Source: Parcubacteria group bacterium GW2011_GWC1_36_108 (lineage in GTDB: Bacteria; Patescibacteriota; Minisyncoccia; Moranbacterales; GWC2-37-73). Taken from it: a DNA stretch of 64,000 nt. This document shows, one piece after another, positions 37,844-47,419 of the stretch. The position numbers and the translations under genes are program-made. Within the stretch, counting starts at the first letter, position 1. Each line of letters begins with the position of its first letter. Location: contig LBRD01000002.1 in assembly GCA_000991245.1 (NCBI GenBank), positions 108,141 to 172,140 on the forward strand, read 5' to 3'. Under the pieces are notes generated by a model. It was not told where the DNA came from and ran no database searches. It saw only the letters and a list, made by a program, of their open reading frames with translations.

Positions 37844-37896
37844 ATATTAGTGGCAGTAAAAATACAAGCAGGACATTAAAAGGGAGGAAGTGAATT

Positions 37897-38181
37897 ATGT
37901 CGAAGAGAATTAGTGTTGGCTATGGAGAATCTCGGTTGGTTTATTTGAGAGGTGATGCTCCAATTGATCATGTTCCTGTTTCAGAAAAGCTTGGTGTTTC
38001 AGTCGAACAACTGAAAGATGGCTATCTTGTCAATGTAAGCAGGTGCAGAATTTATTATCGAAAAACCGGTATACAATTTTCACCCTCAGATTTAGTAACC
38101 TTTGGTTGGCCATTTGCTGACATTAAAAGTGTTCAAAAATCGGATGGCGAGGTTATCTGGGAAAATCCCATAATTGAGTAA
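37897..38181 (+). CDS. Hypothetical protein (SD-led)
   Basis: AAGGGAGG SD; terminator at 38207-38240. Confidence 0.75.
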   Translation: MSKRISVGYGESRLVYLRGDAPIDHVPVSEKLGVSVEQLKDGYLVNVSRCRIYYRKTGIQFSPSDLVTFGWPFADIKSVQKSDGEVIWENPIIE

Positions 38182-38290
38182 AAAAGTAACAAAAAGTTCC
38201 ATACTGGGGTCTTGGCTGAATTAGCTGGGACCCTTTTTTCTTTTTTTGATTTATGTTAGGATATTTAAGTAATTTTTTAAGCAGCAATTT

Positions 38291-38803
38291 ATGGAAAATA
38301 AAAAAGTCTTAGTTATTTTAATTTTAGTGGTAGCAATCGTTTTGGGATATGTGCTTTTTGCTGGGAAATCAGCAAACGCTCCTGTGACAAAAACTGAAAC
38401 CGAAAAAGTAGCACCGCAAGAAACCAAGAAGGCAGCACAACCAACAACAGTTAATCAAGTTAATGAAAAAAAACCTATGGAATTGGAAATTAAAACAACT
38501 CAAGAAGGAACAGGTGATCGTGTGGTTAAATCGGGTGATAATATTTCTGTGCATTACACTGGAAAATTGACTGATGGAACCAAGTTTGATTCAAGTGTTG
38601 ATCGTGGAACTCCATTTGAATTTCAAATTGGACAAGGTATGGTGATTGCTGGTTGGGAACAGGGACTTTTGGGCATGAAAATTGGTGAAAAACGAACACT
38701 GACAATTCCTTCTGAAATGGGTTATGGAGCGCGAGGAGCAGGTGTGGCCATTCCACCAAACGCCACTCTTGTTTTTGATGTTGAGCTTATTTCGATAAAA
38801 TAG
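38291..38803 (+). CDS. Membrane-anchored FKBP-type peptidyl-prolyl isomerase
   Basis: [32 protein letters not shown]. Confidence 0.95.
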   Translation: MENKKVLVILILVVAIVLGYVLFAGKSANAPVTKTETEKVAPQETKKAAQPTTVNQVNEKKPMELEIKTTQEGTGDRVVKSGDNISVHYTGKLTDGTKFDSSVDRGTPFEFQIGQGMVIAGWEQGLLGMKIGEKRTLTIPSEMGYGARGAGVAIPPNATLVFDVELISIK

Positions 38804-38986
38804 CCGTTGAAACAAGTAAAAAATTTAAAAAATCTCCCTTTTTCGGGAGATTTTTTATTTTGAAGAAATATTAATATATCTATAAGTTTAGATTATTGCG
38901 TATTTTTTAAATATGCTATATTATAGACAGTTTCAAAGATACTTTTGGTTCGAAATCTGGGCTGGTTTTTGTAAATATAAACAAGA

Positions 38987-40120
38987 ATGCTTTTTCAAGA
39001 GAAAAAAACAGAAACATCATACAAAAATAACAAAAATGATGTTATTTTATATCGCGATTTGAATAAAAGAGAGGAAATCGTTTCTCCTAGTTTTGCTGTG
39101 GAGAAAAAAAGGCATAAAAAGATTTTGAAAATATTTTTTATTGATCATTTTCATCTTCTTTTCAAATCAGCAGCTCTTAATCATTTGCGCATTCAAGAAT
39201 GCAAGAGCAAATCTAAGGTAGGAGATGTTTGCAATTTTAATTTCGATTCATATTCTCAGCTCAAGCGTTATCAGAAAAAAGTGCGTTTGTTTACCTTTAG
39301 CACCTCTTTTACCGCAGCATTAATTTTTGTTGCAGTGGCTAGTTTTCAGTTCCTCAATATCCAACAGGGGAAAAGTGCTACTTTCGGATGGCTTCAAACT
39401 GATTGGAGTGGTGGGATTGATGCGGTGGCAACCGCCATTCATACATCTAACCAAAATGGTTGGATCAAGTTTTTTTCTAAAGATGATGATGTGGATACAA
39501 GTAGCGGAGAAATAAAAATTTCCAGTACAACTGATTCTTTTGTGACAACTTCAGACACTGATTTTAATGCTTTTGCAAAAACACAATCTTTTGTTAGTGG
39601 CGCAGGATCAGCCGGAACTATATATGCTCAAAAACCCGATGGTGGTTCTTGTACGACAAACACTGAGTGTGTAAATAATTGGTGCAATGTTAATGTTTGT
39701 GCAAATCCTTGGACTGTTGGACCTTGCGCTGGATTCGCAGTGTATAAAGAAGATAGTGGCGATCCAGCACATCCTGGTACTTGGCAATGGAAAACATCCG
39801 ACACTGACTGTGCTGCCCCCCAATGTCTGCCAGTTGATGGATTTGATGGTTTGGTTGCCGATAATAATGTTGATTTCTCTCTTTATCCTTCGCGAAATGC
39901 ATGCAAAGCAATTGGGGGCAGGTTACCAACTAGAAATGAACTTTTGTGTATCTATAGTAATAAGGCTAGTTATGGCATGGCTAGTGCAACAGGATTGTAT
40001 AATACTTCCCAGGAAGCTGCTGTCAATAAGATTTTAACTGTAAGATTTAGCGATGGTTTTTCAAATGTTGCAGGCGCCTGGTATAAAACTAGTTGGTGGT
40101 TAAATAGATGTGTAAAATAA
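38987..40120 (+). CDS. Membrane-anchored surface protein with C-terminal CLec/DUF1566-like domain
   Basis: Internal TM, Cys-rich segment, ACKAIGGRLPTRNEL and terminal RCVK. Confidence 0.75.
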   Translation: MLFQEKKTETSYKNNKNDVILYRDLNKREEIVSPSFAVEKKRHKKILKIFFIDHFHLLFKSAALNHLRIQECKSKSKVGDVCNFNFDSYSQLKRYQKKVRLFTFSTSFTAALIFVAVASFQFLNIQQGKSATFGWLQTDWSGGIDAVATAIHTSNQNGWIKFFSKDDDVDTSSGEIKISSTTDSFVTTSDTDFNAFAKTQSFVSGAGSAGTIYAQKPDGGSCTTNTECVNNWCNVNVCANPWTVGPCAGFAVYKEDSGDPAHPGTWQWKTSDTDCAAPQCLPVDGFDGLVADNNVDFSLYPSRNACKAIGGRLPTRNELLCIYSNKASYGMASATGLYNTSQEAAVNKILTVRFSDGFSNVAGAWYKTSWWLNRCVK

Positions 40121-40131
40121 AAGTTTCGTAA

Positions 40132-43100
40132 ATGTCTTTGAAAAACAAATTAAAATTAAAATTGTTTTTGTCTACAGTATTTTTTTGTGGAGCTCTTTTT
40201 ATTTTTTCCGCTGAAGATGCTAGCGCATATACATATTCTGCAAGTGCAATTTCTCCTGTGAAAGAATATGCCACGCAAGTTTCTTTTGATACAATAACTT
40301 GGACCGAAGTTTCTTCAATTACCGGTGTTAGCCCTCGACCTGCAAATTCATTAATAATAATGGAGGTGAAAGCGGGAGATGTTGCTGCTCCCGATGGAAC
40401 ATGGACTAACGGTGGAAATTGGACAGCTGTGACAAACGGTCAAAGTTTGTCTTTTCTTGGAGGTAAAAAGTATCTTCAATACCAGGTCGTTTTCTCTTAT
40501 GATGATCTAAGTAATATGCCTGGCGTTTCCGATGTGACGATTACAGATACTGTTTATTCAAAAAATCAAACTAGACTAACATCAATTAATCTTTCTTCTT
40601 CCTCCGAGGTTGATTTTGTACAAGAAAACGCTGCTGATGGGACTGACTTTATGGCAAACGCGGCTATATTACATTCATCATCACCGTCACCTTTTTTTGC
40701 TACAGGTGGATCAGTAACTATTGTTGATGGATATAAGATTCATACTTTTTTATCTAACGATAATTTTGTTCCAAATATGGCAGGAGAAGTTGAATATCTG
40801 GTTGTTGCTGGTGGTGGTTCAGGTAGGCAAGGTGGTGGTGGTGCTGGAGGGTTTAGGACCGGTACCGGTTATGGAGTATCAGCTCAAAACTATAGTGTAA
40901 TAGTTGGTGCTGGCGGAGTAGATAGTAATGGTGGAAATTCTGTATTTAGTGGTATAACATCTATCGGTGGTGGTCGAGGAGGACATTCATATAGTATTTC
41001 AGCTTCAAGTGGTGGTTCTGGTGGAGGTGGAGGTTCTTATCAAAATCAAAATGGTGGTGTTGGTGTAATTGATCAGGGTAATAAAGGTGGTGATACAAAT
41101 TGTGGTACCTCTTTTTTTGCTGCTGGCGGTGGAGGTGCAAATACTGCTGGCATAAGTGGTTGTGCTTATGCTTTAGGTATAGGTGGAGATGGTAAAGCAA
41201 GTTCAATAACAGGTTCAACTGTTTATTATGCAGGTGGAGGTGGTGGTGGAACAAGTACTGCTGGTGGTGCTGCTGGTGGTGTTGGGGGAGGAGGTAGAAG
41301 TGGCTATAGTGGTGTTGCTGCTGTTGCAGGAACACCTAATACTGGTGGAGGTGGTGGAGGAGATTTGTGGACAAATTATGCTCCAGGTGGTTCCGGCATT
41401 GTTGTTTTAAAATATCCAGCACCTATTTATACAGAAAATCAAGCTTATTATTTAACAACATCTTCAACCTCACAAAAAAATACTTCAACATGGAAGCATA
41501 TTAGGAATGTTACATTAGAGCAAGATACGCCAATTAACACAACTCTTAAATATTTAGTATCTTTCAATAATCGTACAACTTGGAAATATTGGAATGGCAG
41601 TACTTGGCTCACTTCTGATTTAACAGATTTGGAAACAAATGGGATGAGCAAGGCAACGCTGGAGAGCATTACGGAGTCTCAATGGGAAGAAACAGGTGGG
41701 TTTACTAGAACTGCTGATGGAAAATTGGATTTTGCAATTAGTCTAAAAACAACTGACACTACGGCAACCCCATTGCTTAGTAATATAAATATTGAGTATG
41801 AATTGTTCCCATTGAGCTTACTTTCCAGTCCATATAATACTGGCGCTTCAGATAATCTGTTGGCAGAAATAAAATGGAATGAAAATGTTCCAGAGGGTGC
41901 AAATGTTAAATTTCAGATGCGCAGTGCTCCTGACAATGCTGGTTCTCCAAATTGGGCAGCTGGTAGTGGTTGGTGCGGGCCTGTAAATTGCGCTGTCACA
42001 ACAAATGATATTGATTATGCAGTTGATTTTTATGAAACAACGCCTACGGGAGAAACCGCAAATCCAATTCATATAACAGGAAGCAATGATCAATGGATTC
42101 AATATATAGTTTGGTTGGAAAATAGTACTACAGCAGTTACTCCTATTCTTTCTGGTGTCACATTGACTTATGTTGTTAATTCTCCACCACAAGTGCAAAA
42201 TGTGAGCGCAATTCAAAATTCTAATGGTACGGTTGCGGTGGCTTATGAAATAAAAGACCCAGATACCACCACTGGTATTCTGGATGGTTTTTTAGATGCA
42301 TCGCTTGAATATTGCACTGTATCTTGCGACACTCCGGGAAGCGAAACATGGGTTAATGCTAACGCGTTATCCGGCGACTGGGGATTGGTTGCAGCTCAGG
42401 AAGAAAGTTTTACTGCTCATTCCGTTATTTGGACACCAAAAACAGATTATCCAAATCAGTATAATGCTAATATGAAAGTGCGCATTAGATTAGATGACAA
42501 TGAGGCTGCTAATAATGTGACTTATGGCGCGTCTAATAATTTTAGCTTAGATGTTAAAAATCCAACCAATGTTGGTGTAGTTATCGATCACACTAAATCA
42601 TCAAATAATTTAACACTCACAACTCCGGCGGATGATTCTACTTATCAAATTGCATATTCCAATTATTCAGACTTTAGAGATGCATCTTTTGAGGCTTTTC
42701 CGGGAGATAATAAAAAAACATACAACAATTTAACTGCTGATCCTGCTACCGTTTATATTCGAGTAAAAGATGAAAAAAATAATTATACTGATATTAGCGC
42801 TACTACACCAGCGCAACCAAGTCATATTGTGTATTATGACACTTCTAACGAAGCTTCAGGCGAATATCGTGAATTTATTGCTTGGGATGTTGTATCAGAA
42901 GAACAGGTTGGCTCTGGATTTGCTAGCTATGACATCTATCGCGCAGATAGATTGGAATCCGATGGAACTGCTGTTCCAAGCTATACTTTTCTTGATTCTG
43001 TTGTTGATCGCAACACTAACTTTTTTACTGATTTGAATTTAGATAACAGTAAACATTATTATTATAAAATTTTTATTAAAGATACAGCTGGAAATATCTC

Positions 43101-45636
43101 TCAATATTCATCAGTAGTTGATGATAATCCAAATGGTCAAGGAGGATCTGATCAAACGGCGCCAACCTTGTCCAATGTAAATGTTTCCAATATTAATACT
43201 ACTAGCGCAACCATAACCTGGAATACCGATGAACTTTCAGACTCTAGTGTTGGTTATAGTGAAAATAGTACATATTTACCTGAAAGAGGGTTAGCTTCCA
43301 TGGTGACGGCTCATGAAATCGTGCTTACCAATCTTGTTCCAGGAACGACTTATAATATTCGTGTTAAATCTCACGATAGTGTTGGTAATCTTGGACAGAA
43401 TGATAAAGATAACCCAGGAGCGACTCCTATTGAAAATTTTACTTTTGAAACGTTGCCTGGACCGGCAATTTCTGGAGTTACAATTCCAAATATTTCAAAT
43501 AATCAAGCTACAATAGATTGGAAAACCAGCACTGATTCTTCCGGGTATGTCGTTTATTCGGATACTGTTTCTGATGGAGCGCTTGTGAACCCTAAAGAAT
43601 TTGGAACGCCTGAACTTGTGGGAAGTCCTGTTGATGGAAAATATTCTCATTCTCAAACCATAACAACCTACAATGATCTACCATTGGTGCCAAACACTAG
43701 ATATTATTTTTACGTGAAATCTGTTGATGGAGACAGTAATATTTCCATCGATAATAATGCCGGTATGTTTTATGAACTGCTTACAACAGAAGATAATGAT
43801 CCTCCAATTATATCTGATATTGAAACTCCATTGATAACAAAAGATGGAACTATTGTTTCTTGGACGACTAATGAGCCTGCAACAAGCAAAGTTTCTTATT
43901 CAACTGTTGATGGTGGTCCATATAGCAGTGTGGTGGAGGTTTTGACCTATGATCGTAGCCACTATGTTATCTTGGGAGATCTTGATCCAGACAAGGATTA
44001 TTATTTCGAGGTCACTTCTCAGGATATTAATGCAAATTCAAAGACTAGCGATGAGCAGGAAACATTTAAAACTTTAAAAGATCTTGAGTTTCAACATGAA
44101 CCATTAGCTGCTATTTCGTTTAATGATCCTAACCCTTCTATGATTACCGATACGGTAGCGGTTATTTCATTTAATAGTGATCAAAACGCTAATTGTTTTG
44201 TTGAATATGGGACTGAGTCCGGAAATCTTAACGCAGTACCCTCCAAAGAAGGAGACGATATTTTTAACAGAGGACATAATATCCAGCTTAATGGCTTAAT
44301 TTTTCTAACAAAATATTATTATAAAGTTACTTGTGAGGATAATTTGGAAAACGTAATTTCTTCCAGTGAAAAAGATTTTACAACTAAAGAAAAGAATTAT
44401 ACAGCAACTAGTATAGGAGAATTAATCGATTCGACCTCTCCAACAATTTCCAATATTAAAATCGCGGACATTAATGGCGAAAGCGCTACAATAAGCTGGG
44501 ATACGGATGAAAAAGGAAATAGTACAGTAAGATACGGAATTTCAGATGTTTCTGAGGTTGCTGCCAGTGACAGTATTGTTAATAGTGATAAGGGTAAATA
44601 TGCAACCGCCCACTCCGTTGTTCTTAGTGGACTTATTCCAGCCACAAGATATGTTTTCATTGTTTCTTCTATTGATATTGCTGGAAACATCGCTCAATCA
44701 TCGCAAGATAATTTTACAACATCATCACCCTCCTCGATTTCGTTTATAAAAGCACAATCAAAAGAATTAGGGCAGGCAACAATTAGCTGGAAAACAAATG
44801 CTGAAACAACCTCAACCGTGGAATATGGTTTGTCTACGAGTTATGGTGAGAAAAAAGAATCTACATCGTTTACAACCGAGCATTCCTTAAATCTCTCAGG
44901 CCTTAATCAAGGTAATACTTATCATTTTAGAGTTAAGGGCAAAGATAAAGATGGAAAATTTTATGCATCTTCTGATCAAACATTTGATCCTAAATCTCCT
45001 CCGATAATTGAAAATATAGTTGTTGATGAAATAACCGAACATGGCGCAGTCGTTTCTTTCACTACTAATGTTCCTACTGATGCTACGGTGGCTTTTCAAG
45101 ATGTTCAAAACGGTGATAATTCAGGAACCCAGGGAGACCCTGATCTCACAATTGATCACAGAATAAAGCTTATTGGATTAAATTCGGGAACAACGTATAA
45201 AACGACACTTAGTGTTAGAGATGAACAGGGAACGCAATCAGTTCAAGTTGCTAAAGATATAATCACTATTAGGGATGAAAATCCTCCAAAAATAGAGAAT
45301 GTCAAAACTGATAGCGCGCTTACTCAATCAGATAAGGTGCAAGCAATTATTTCTTGGAAGACTGACGAACAGGCAACCTCAAGTATTTTGTATAAAGAAG
45401 GTAGAAATGGCGAAGAAAAAGAAATTAAGATTACTGATAATTTGACCGTTGGCCATATAGGAGTAGTTACAATTTTCAAACCAGGAACGGTATATAATTT
45501 CAAAGTTAAATCAATAGATGCTAGCGGCAATCAGGGAATTTCAAGTGATTTTGCACTGCTTACACCAAAAAAGAGAGAAAATATTATTCAAATTATCATA
45601 GCTAACTTCGTGGATATCTTTGGATGGGCAAGGTAA
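40132..45636 (+). CDS. 1834-aa secreted protein with glycine-rich domain and multiple fibronectin type III-like repeats
   Basis: Signal peptide; repeated ATIxWxTDE...S.V.Y...H...L..L...T.Y.F.V.S.D..GN units; Gly-rich module at about 40696-41415. Confidence 0.9.
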   Translation: MSLKNKLKLKLFLSTVFFCGALFIFSAEDASAYTYSASAISPVKEYATQVSFDTITWTEVSSITGVSPRPANSLIIMEVKAGDVAAPDGTWTNGGNWTAVTNGQSLSFLGGKKYLQYQVVFSYDDLSNMPGVSDVTITDTVYSKNQTRLTSINLSSSSEVDFVQENAADGTDFMANAAILHSSSPSPFFATGGSVTIVDGYKIHTFLSNDNFVPNMAGEVEYLVVAGGGSGRQGGGGAGGFRTGTGYGVSAQNYSVIVGAGGVDSNGGNSVFSGITSIGGGRGGHSYSISASSGGSGGGGGSYQNQNGGVGVIDQGNKGGDTNCGTSFFAAGGGGANTAGISGCAYALGIGGDGKASSITGSTVYYAGGGGGGTSTAGGAAGGVGGGGRSGYSGVAAVAGTPNTGGGGGGDLWTNYAPGGSGIVVLKYPAPIYTENQAYYLTTSSTSQKNTSTWKHIRNVTLEQDTPINTTLKYLVSFNNRTTWKYWNGSTWLTSDLTDLETNGMSKATLESITESQWEETGGFTRTADGKLDFAISLKTTDTTATPLLSNINIEYELFPLSLLSSPYNTGASDNLLAEIKWNENVPEGANVKFQMRSAPDNAGSPNWAAGSGWCGPVNCAVTTNDIDYAVDFYETTPTGETANPIHITGSNDQWIQYIVWLENSTTAVTPILSGVTLTYVVNSPPQVQNVSAIQNSNGTVAVAYEIKDPDTTTGILDGFLDASLEYCTVSCDTPGSETWVNANALSGDWGLVAAQEESFTAHSVIWTPKTDYPNQYNANMKVRIRLDDNEAANNVTYGASNNFSLDVKNPTNVGVVIDHTKSSNNLTLTTPADDSTYQIAYSNYSDFRDASFEAFPGDNKKTYNNLTADPATVYIRVKDEKNNYTDISATTPAQPSHIVYYDTSNEASGEYREFIAWDVVSEEQVGSGFASYDIYRADRLESDGTAVPSYTFLDSVVDRNTNFFTDLNLDNSKHYYYKIFIKDTAGNISQYSSVVDDNPNGQGGSDQTAPTLSNVNVSNINTTSATITWNTDELSDSSVGYSENSTYLPERGLASMVTAHEIVLTNLVPGTTYNIRVKSHDSVGNLGQNDKDNPGATPIENFTFETLPGPAISGVTIPNISNNQATIDWKTSTDSSGYVVYSDTVSDGALVNPKEFGTPELVGSPVDGKYSHSQTITTYNDLPLVPNTRYYFYVKSVDGDSNISIDNNAGMFYELLTTEDNDPPIISDIETPLITKDGTIVSWTTNEPATSKVSYSTVDGGPYSSVVEVLTYDRSHYVILGDLDPDKDYYFEVTSQDINANSKTSDEQETFKTLKDLEFQHEPLAAISFNDPNPSMITDTVAVISFNSDQNANCFVEYGTESGNLNAVPSKEGDDIFNRGHNIQLNGLIFLTKYYYKVTCEDNLENVISSSEKDFTTKEKNYTATSIGELIDSTSPTISNIKIADINGESATISWDTDEKGNSTVRYGISDVSEVAASDSIVNSDKGKYATAHSVVLSGLIPATRYVFIVSSIDIAGNIAQSSQDNFTTSSPSSISFIKAQSKELGQATISWKTNAETTSTVEYGLSTSYGEKKESTSFTTEHSLNLSGLNQGNTYHFRVKGKDKDGKFYASSDQTFDPKSPPIIENIVVDEITEHGAVVSFTTNVPTDATVAFQDVQNGDNSGTQGDPDLTIDHRIKLIGLNSGTTYKTTLSVRDEQGTQSVQVAKDIITIRDENPPKIENVKTDSALTQSDKVQAIISWKTDEQATSSILYKEGRNGEEKEIKITDNLTVGHIGVVTIFKPGTVYNFKVKSIDASGNQGISSDFALLTPKKRENIIQIIIANFVDIFGWAR

Positions 45637-45773
45637 TTTGAAAATAAAAACATAAACAAAAAATTCTCATTAGTTTGAGAATTTTTTGTTGTTTATTAAC
45701 ACCTACCACCCCTTTTTTATTTTTTAAGATCGTGTATAATATTTAAGTAATATTTTATTGTCGAAACATTTAT

Positions 45774-46121
45774 ATGCAAATTATTGATCAAGAAGTTAAG
45801 AAAACACAGGAGATTTTTAAGGTTCTGGAATTGGCGCCAGCGCAGACAAAGGAACACATTGAAAAAATAAAAAATGCATTGTTGATGGATATGGTCGCGG
45901 AAGCTTTTGCAGAAAAAGGTCAAATGATGGAAGATGCAAGTTTTACGCAAGACGACATCGAAGATTTTTTAACTGATAATTATGAAGAAGGAGAAGTTGC
46001 AGAAATTTTAAGCAGGGTTTCACGCGATGTGATTGTGGAATATTTTTCAAAAATATTAAAAGGTGCTGCTGAGGATAGAATTGAAAAAGTAAATGAAATT
46101 TTGACGGCAAAGTTTGAATAA
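45774..46121 (+). CDS. Acidic hypothetical protein
   Basis: 115-aa ORF, A-rich leader like the core genes. Confidence 0.75.
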   Translation: MQIIDQEVKKTQEIFKVLELAPAQTKEHIEKIKNALLMDMVAEAFAEKGQMMEDASFTQDDIEDFLTDNYEEGEVAEILSRVSRDVIVEYFSKILKGAAEDRIEKVNEILTAKFE

Positions 46122-46190
46122 TATTTTGCTTTGCCATTTTTGAAAAAGGTGTATACTGGGTGGGTATTTAAATACTTATTTAAAAAATAT

Positions 46191-46277
46191 ATGTTATATA
46201 ATAAAACTTGCCTTGCAAATGTTGAGCCAGATGAAGATGATGACGACGATGAGGATTGCGGCGATTTTGGTTGCTAA
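46191..46277 (+). CDS. Putative 28-aa acidic Cys-containing peptide
   Basis: MLYNKTCLANVEPDEDDDDDEDCGDFGC; A-rich leader; terminator at 46292-46324. Confidence 0.45.
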   Translation: MLYNKTCLANVEPDEDDDDDEDCGDFGC

Positions 46278-46338
46278 GAAAAAATACAAATAAAAAATGG
46301 TCACATTGCGATGTGACCATTTTTGTTTGTGTATGACT

Positions 46339-46497
46339 TTATACTGTTGACCCGTATGGCTTTTCATCACCGGTCGTTTCGCTGGCTTTTTGCATTAACT
46401 TGAGAAGCCTATCTAGATTTTTCTTAGCTTGTTTTGAAAGTTTTTGTAACTCCTCAAGTTGCTGCTCTTTGGATAATTGTACGGGTATGATTTTCAT
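46339..46497 (-). CDS. 52-aa hypothetical protein (SD-led)
   Basis: AAAGGAG SD; MKIIPVQLSKEQQLEELQKLSKQAKKNLDRLLKLMQKASETTGDEKPYGSTV. Confidence 0.6.
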   Translation of the reverse strand: MKIIPVQLSKEQQLEELQKLSKQAKKNLDRLLKLMQKASETTGDEKPYGSTV

Positions 46498-46524
46498 GGG
46501 CGATCAACTCCTTTCAATTTCTGA

Positions 46525-47112
46525 TTAACACTGATGAGACTTTGCTTTTTGAAGCGCTTCCTTTATTGGCATATTGTTTATTTTGTGCACGCCTAGATCT
46601 TTCAATAGTGTTATTGTTTCAACTCGGATGTCTCCCAGATGCAATGGATAGCATATTGTGGGGATTTTTTCCGCAATTTCCAGGAGAAGTTTTTTGGCTC
46701 GCTCAGGATTTTTTTCAAGCAGTAGTTTGGCGTATTGAAAAATTCCTTCATATCCAAGCATTCCGTTAACACGAGAAACTTCTTCTGAGATGTACGCACC
46801 ACAATTTGGCGGGTCATACAAAAAGAGTAGATCTTTTTTATCTCCCGCAATCAAATCAAACAATTCCAAGGCTTCTTCTTGTTTTTTGTCCGCAATCAAA
46901 TAAAGTGCATATTCTTCAGCATAAGGACTTTTACCATTGAAAGACATGTTTTGGTTGAAGACAGTAGAAATTTTTGTGAACAGTTCTAGTAGTTCCGTTG
47001 TGGTTTTTGGCAGTTCGTATCTTGGACCATCATGGATAACCATCTTGATTAATGAAAAATCTTTTAGCGCGGATTGTAAAATTTTGCTGGCCTCAAAAAT
47101 ATTTGTCTTCAT
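46525..47112 (-). CDS. Hypothetical helical protein (orphan, SD-led)
   Basis: AAGGGAGG SD; promoter TTGACT-17-TACACT at 47188-47216. Confidence 0.75.
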   Translation of the reverse strand: MKTNIFEASKILQSALKDFSLIKMVIHDGPRYELPKTTTELLELFTKISTVFNQNMSFNGKSPYAEEYALYLIADKKQEEALELFDLIAGDKKDLLFLYDPPNCGAYISEEVSRVNGMLGYEGIFQYAKLLLEKNPERAKKLLLEIAEKIPTICYPLHLGDIRVETITLLKDLGVHKINNMPIKEALQKAKSHQC

Positions 47113-47280
47113 AAAAACCTCCCTTGGTTTGTATTGATTTTGGAAATTAATTTAGTGGTCTGAATTGTTAAGAAGCTACGGTTATTGAGTGTATAAATAA
47201 AAAGAGTTTTAGTCAAACCATGTGTTTTGAAAGGAGGATGGAATGTTGGCGTAGTAGTTGTTTGCATGCTGTTTTATATA

Positions 47281-47340
47281 TACCCCTGGAGGGTATTTGA
47301 CAAGAAATACGGTGCGGGTGTAATATACCCCTAGAGGGTA
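47281..47340 (+). promoter_or_regulatory. gdhA promoter flanked by two CsoR-type operator palindromes
   Basis: TACCCCTGGAGGGTA (47281-47295) and TACCCCTAGAGGGTA (47326-47340) around TTGACA (47297) and TAATAT (47321). Confidence 0.65.
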
Positions 47341-47419
47341 TATATCGCTGCGCGTAATTTTTTAATTTTTAATTTAAAATTTTTAAACAATAAAAAATTA
47401 TTTTTTAAAAAGAAAATTT

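Noticed and set aside
40961-41335. His/Gln-rich 124-aa minus-strand ORF
   Set aside because: Antisense shadow of GGT/GCT codons in the glycine-rich domain.
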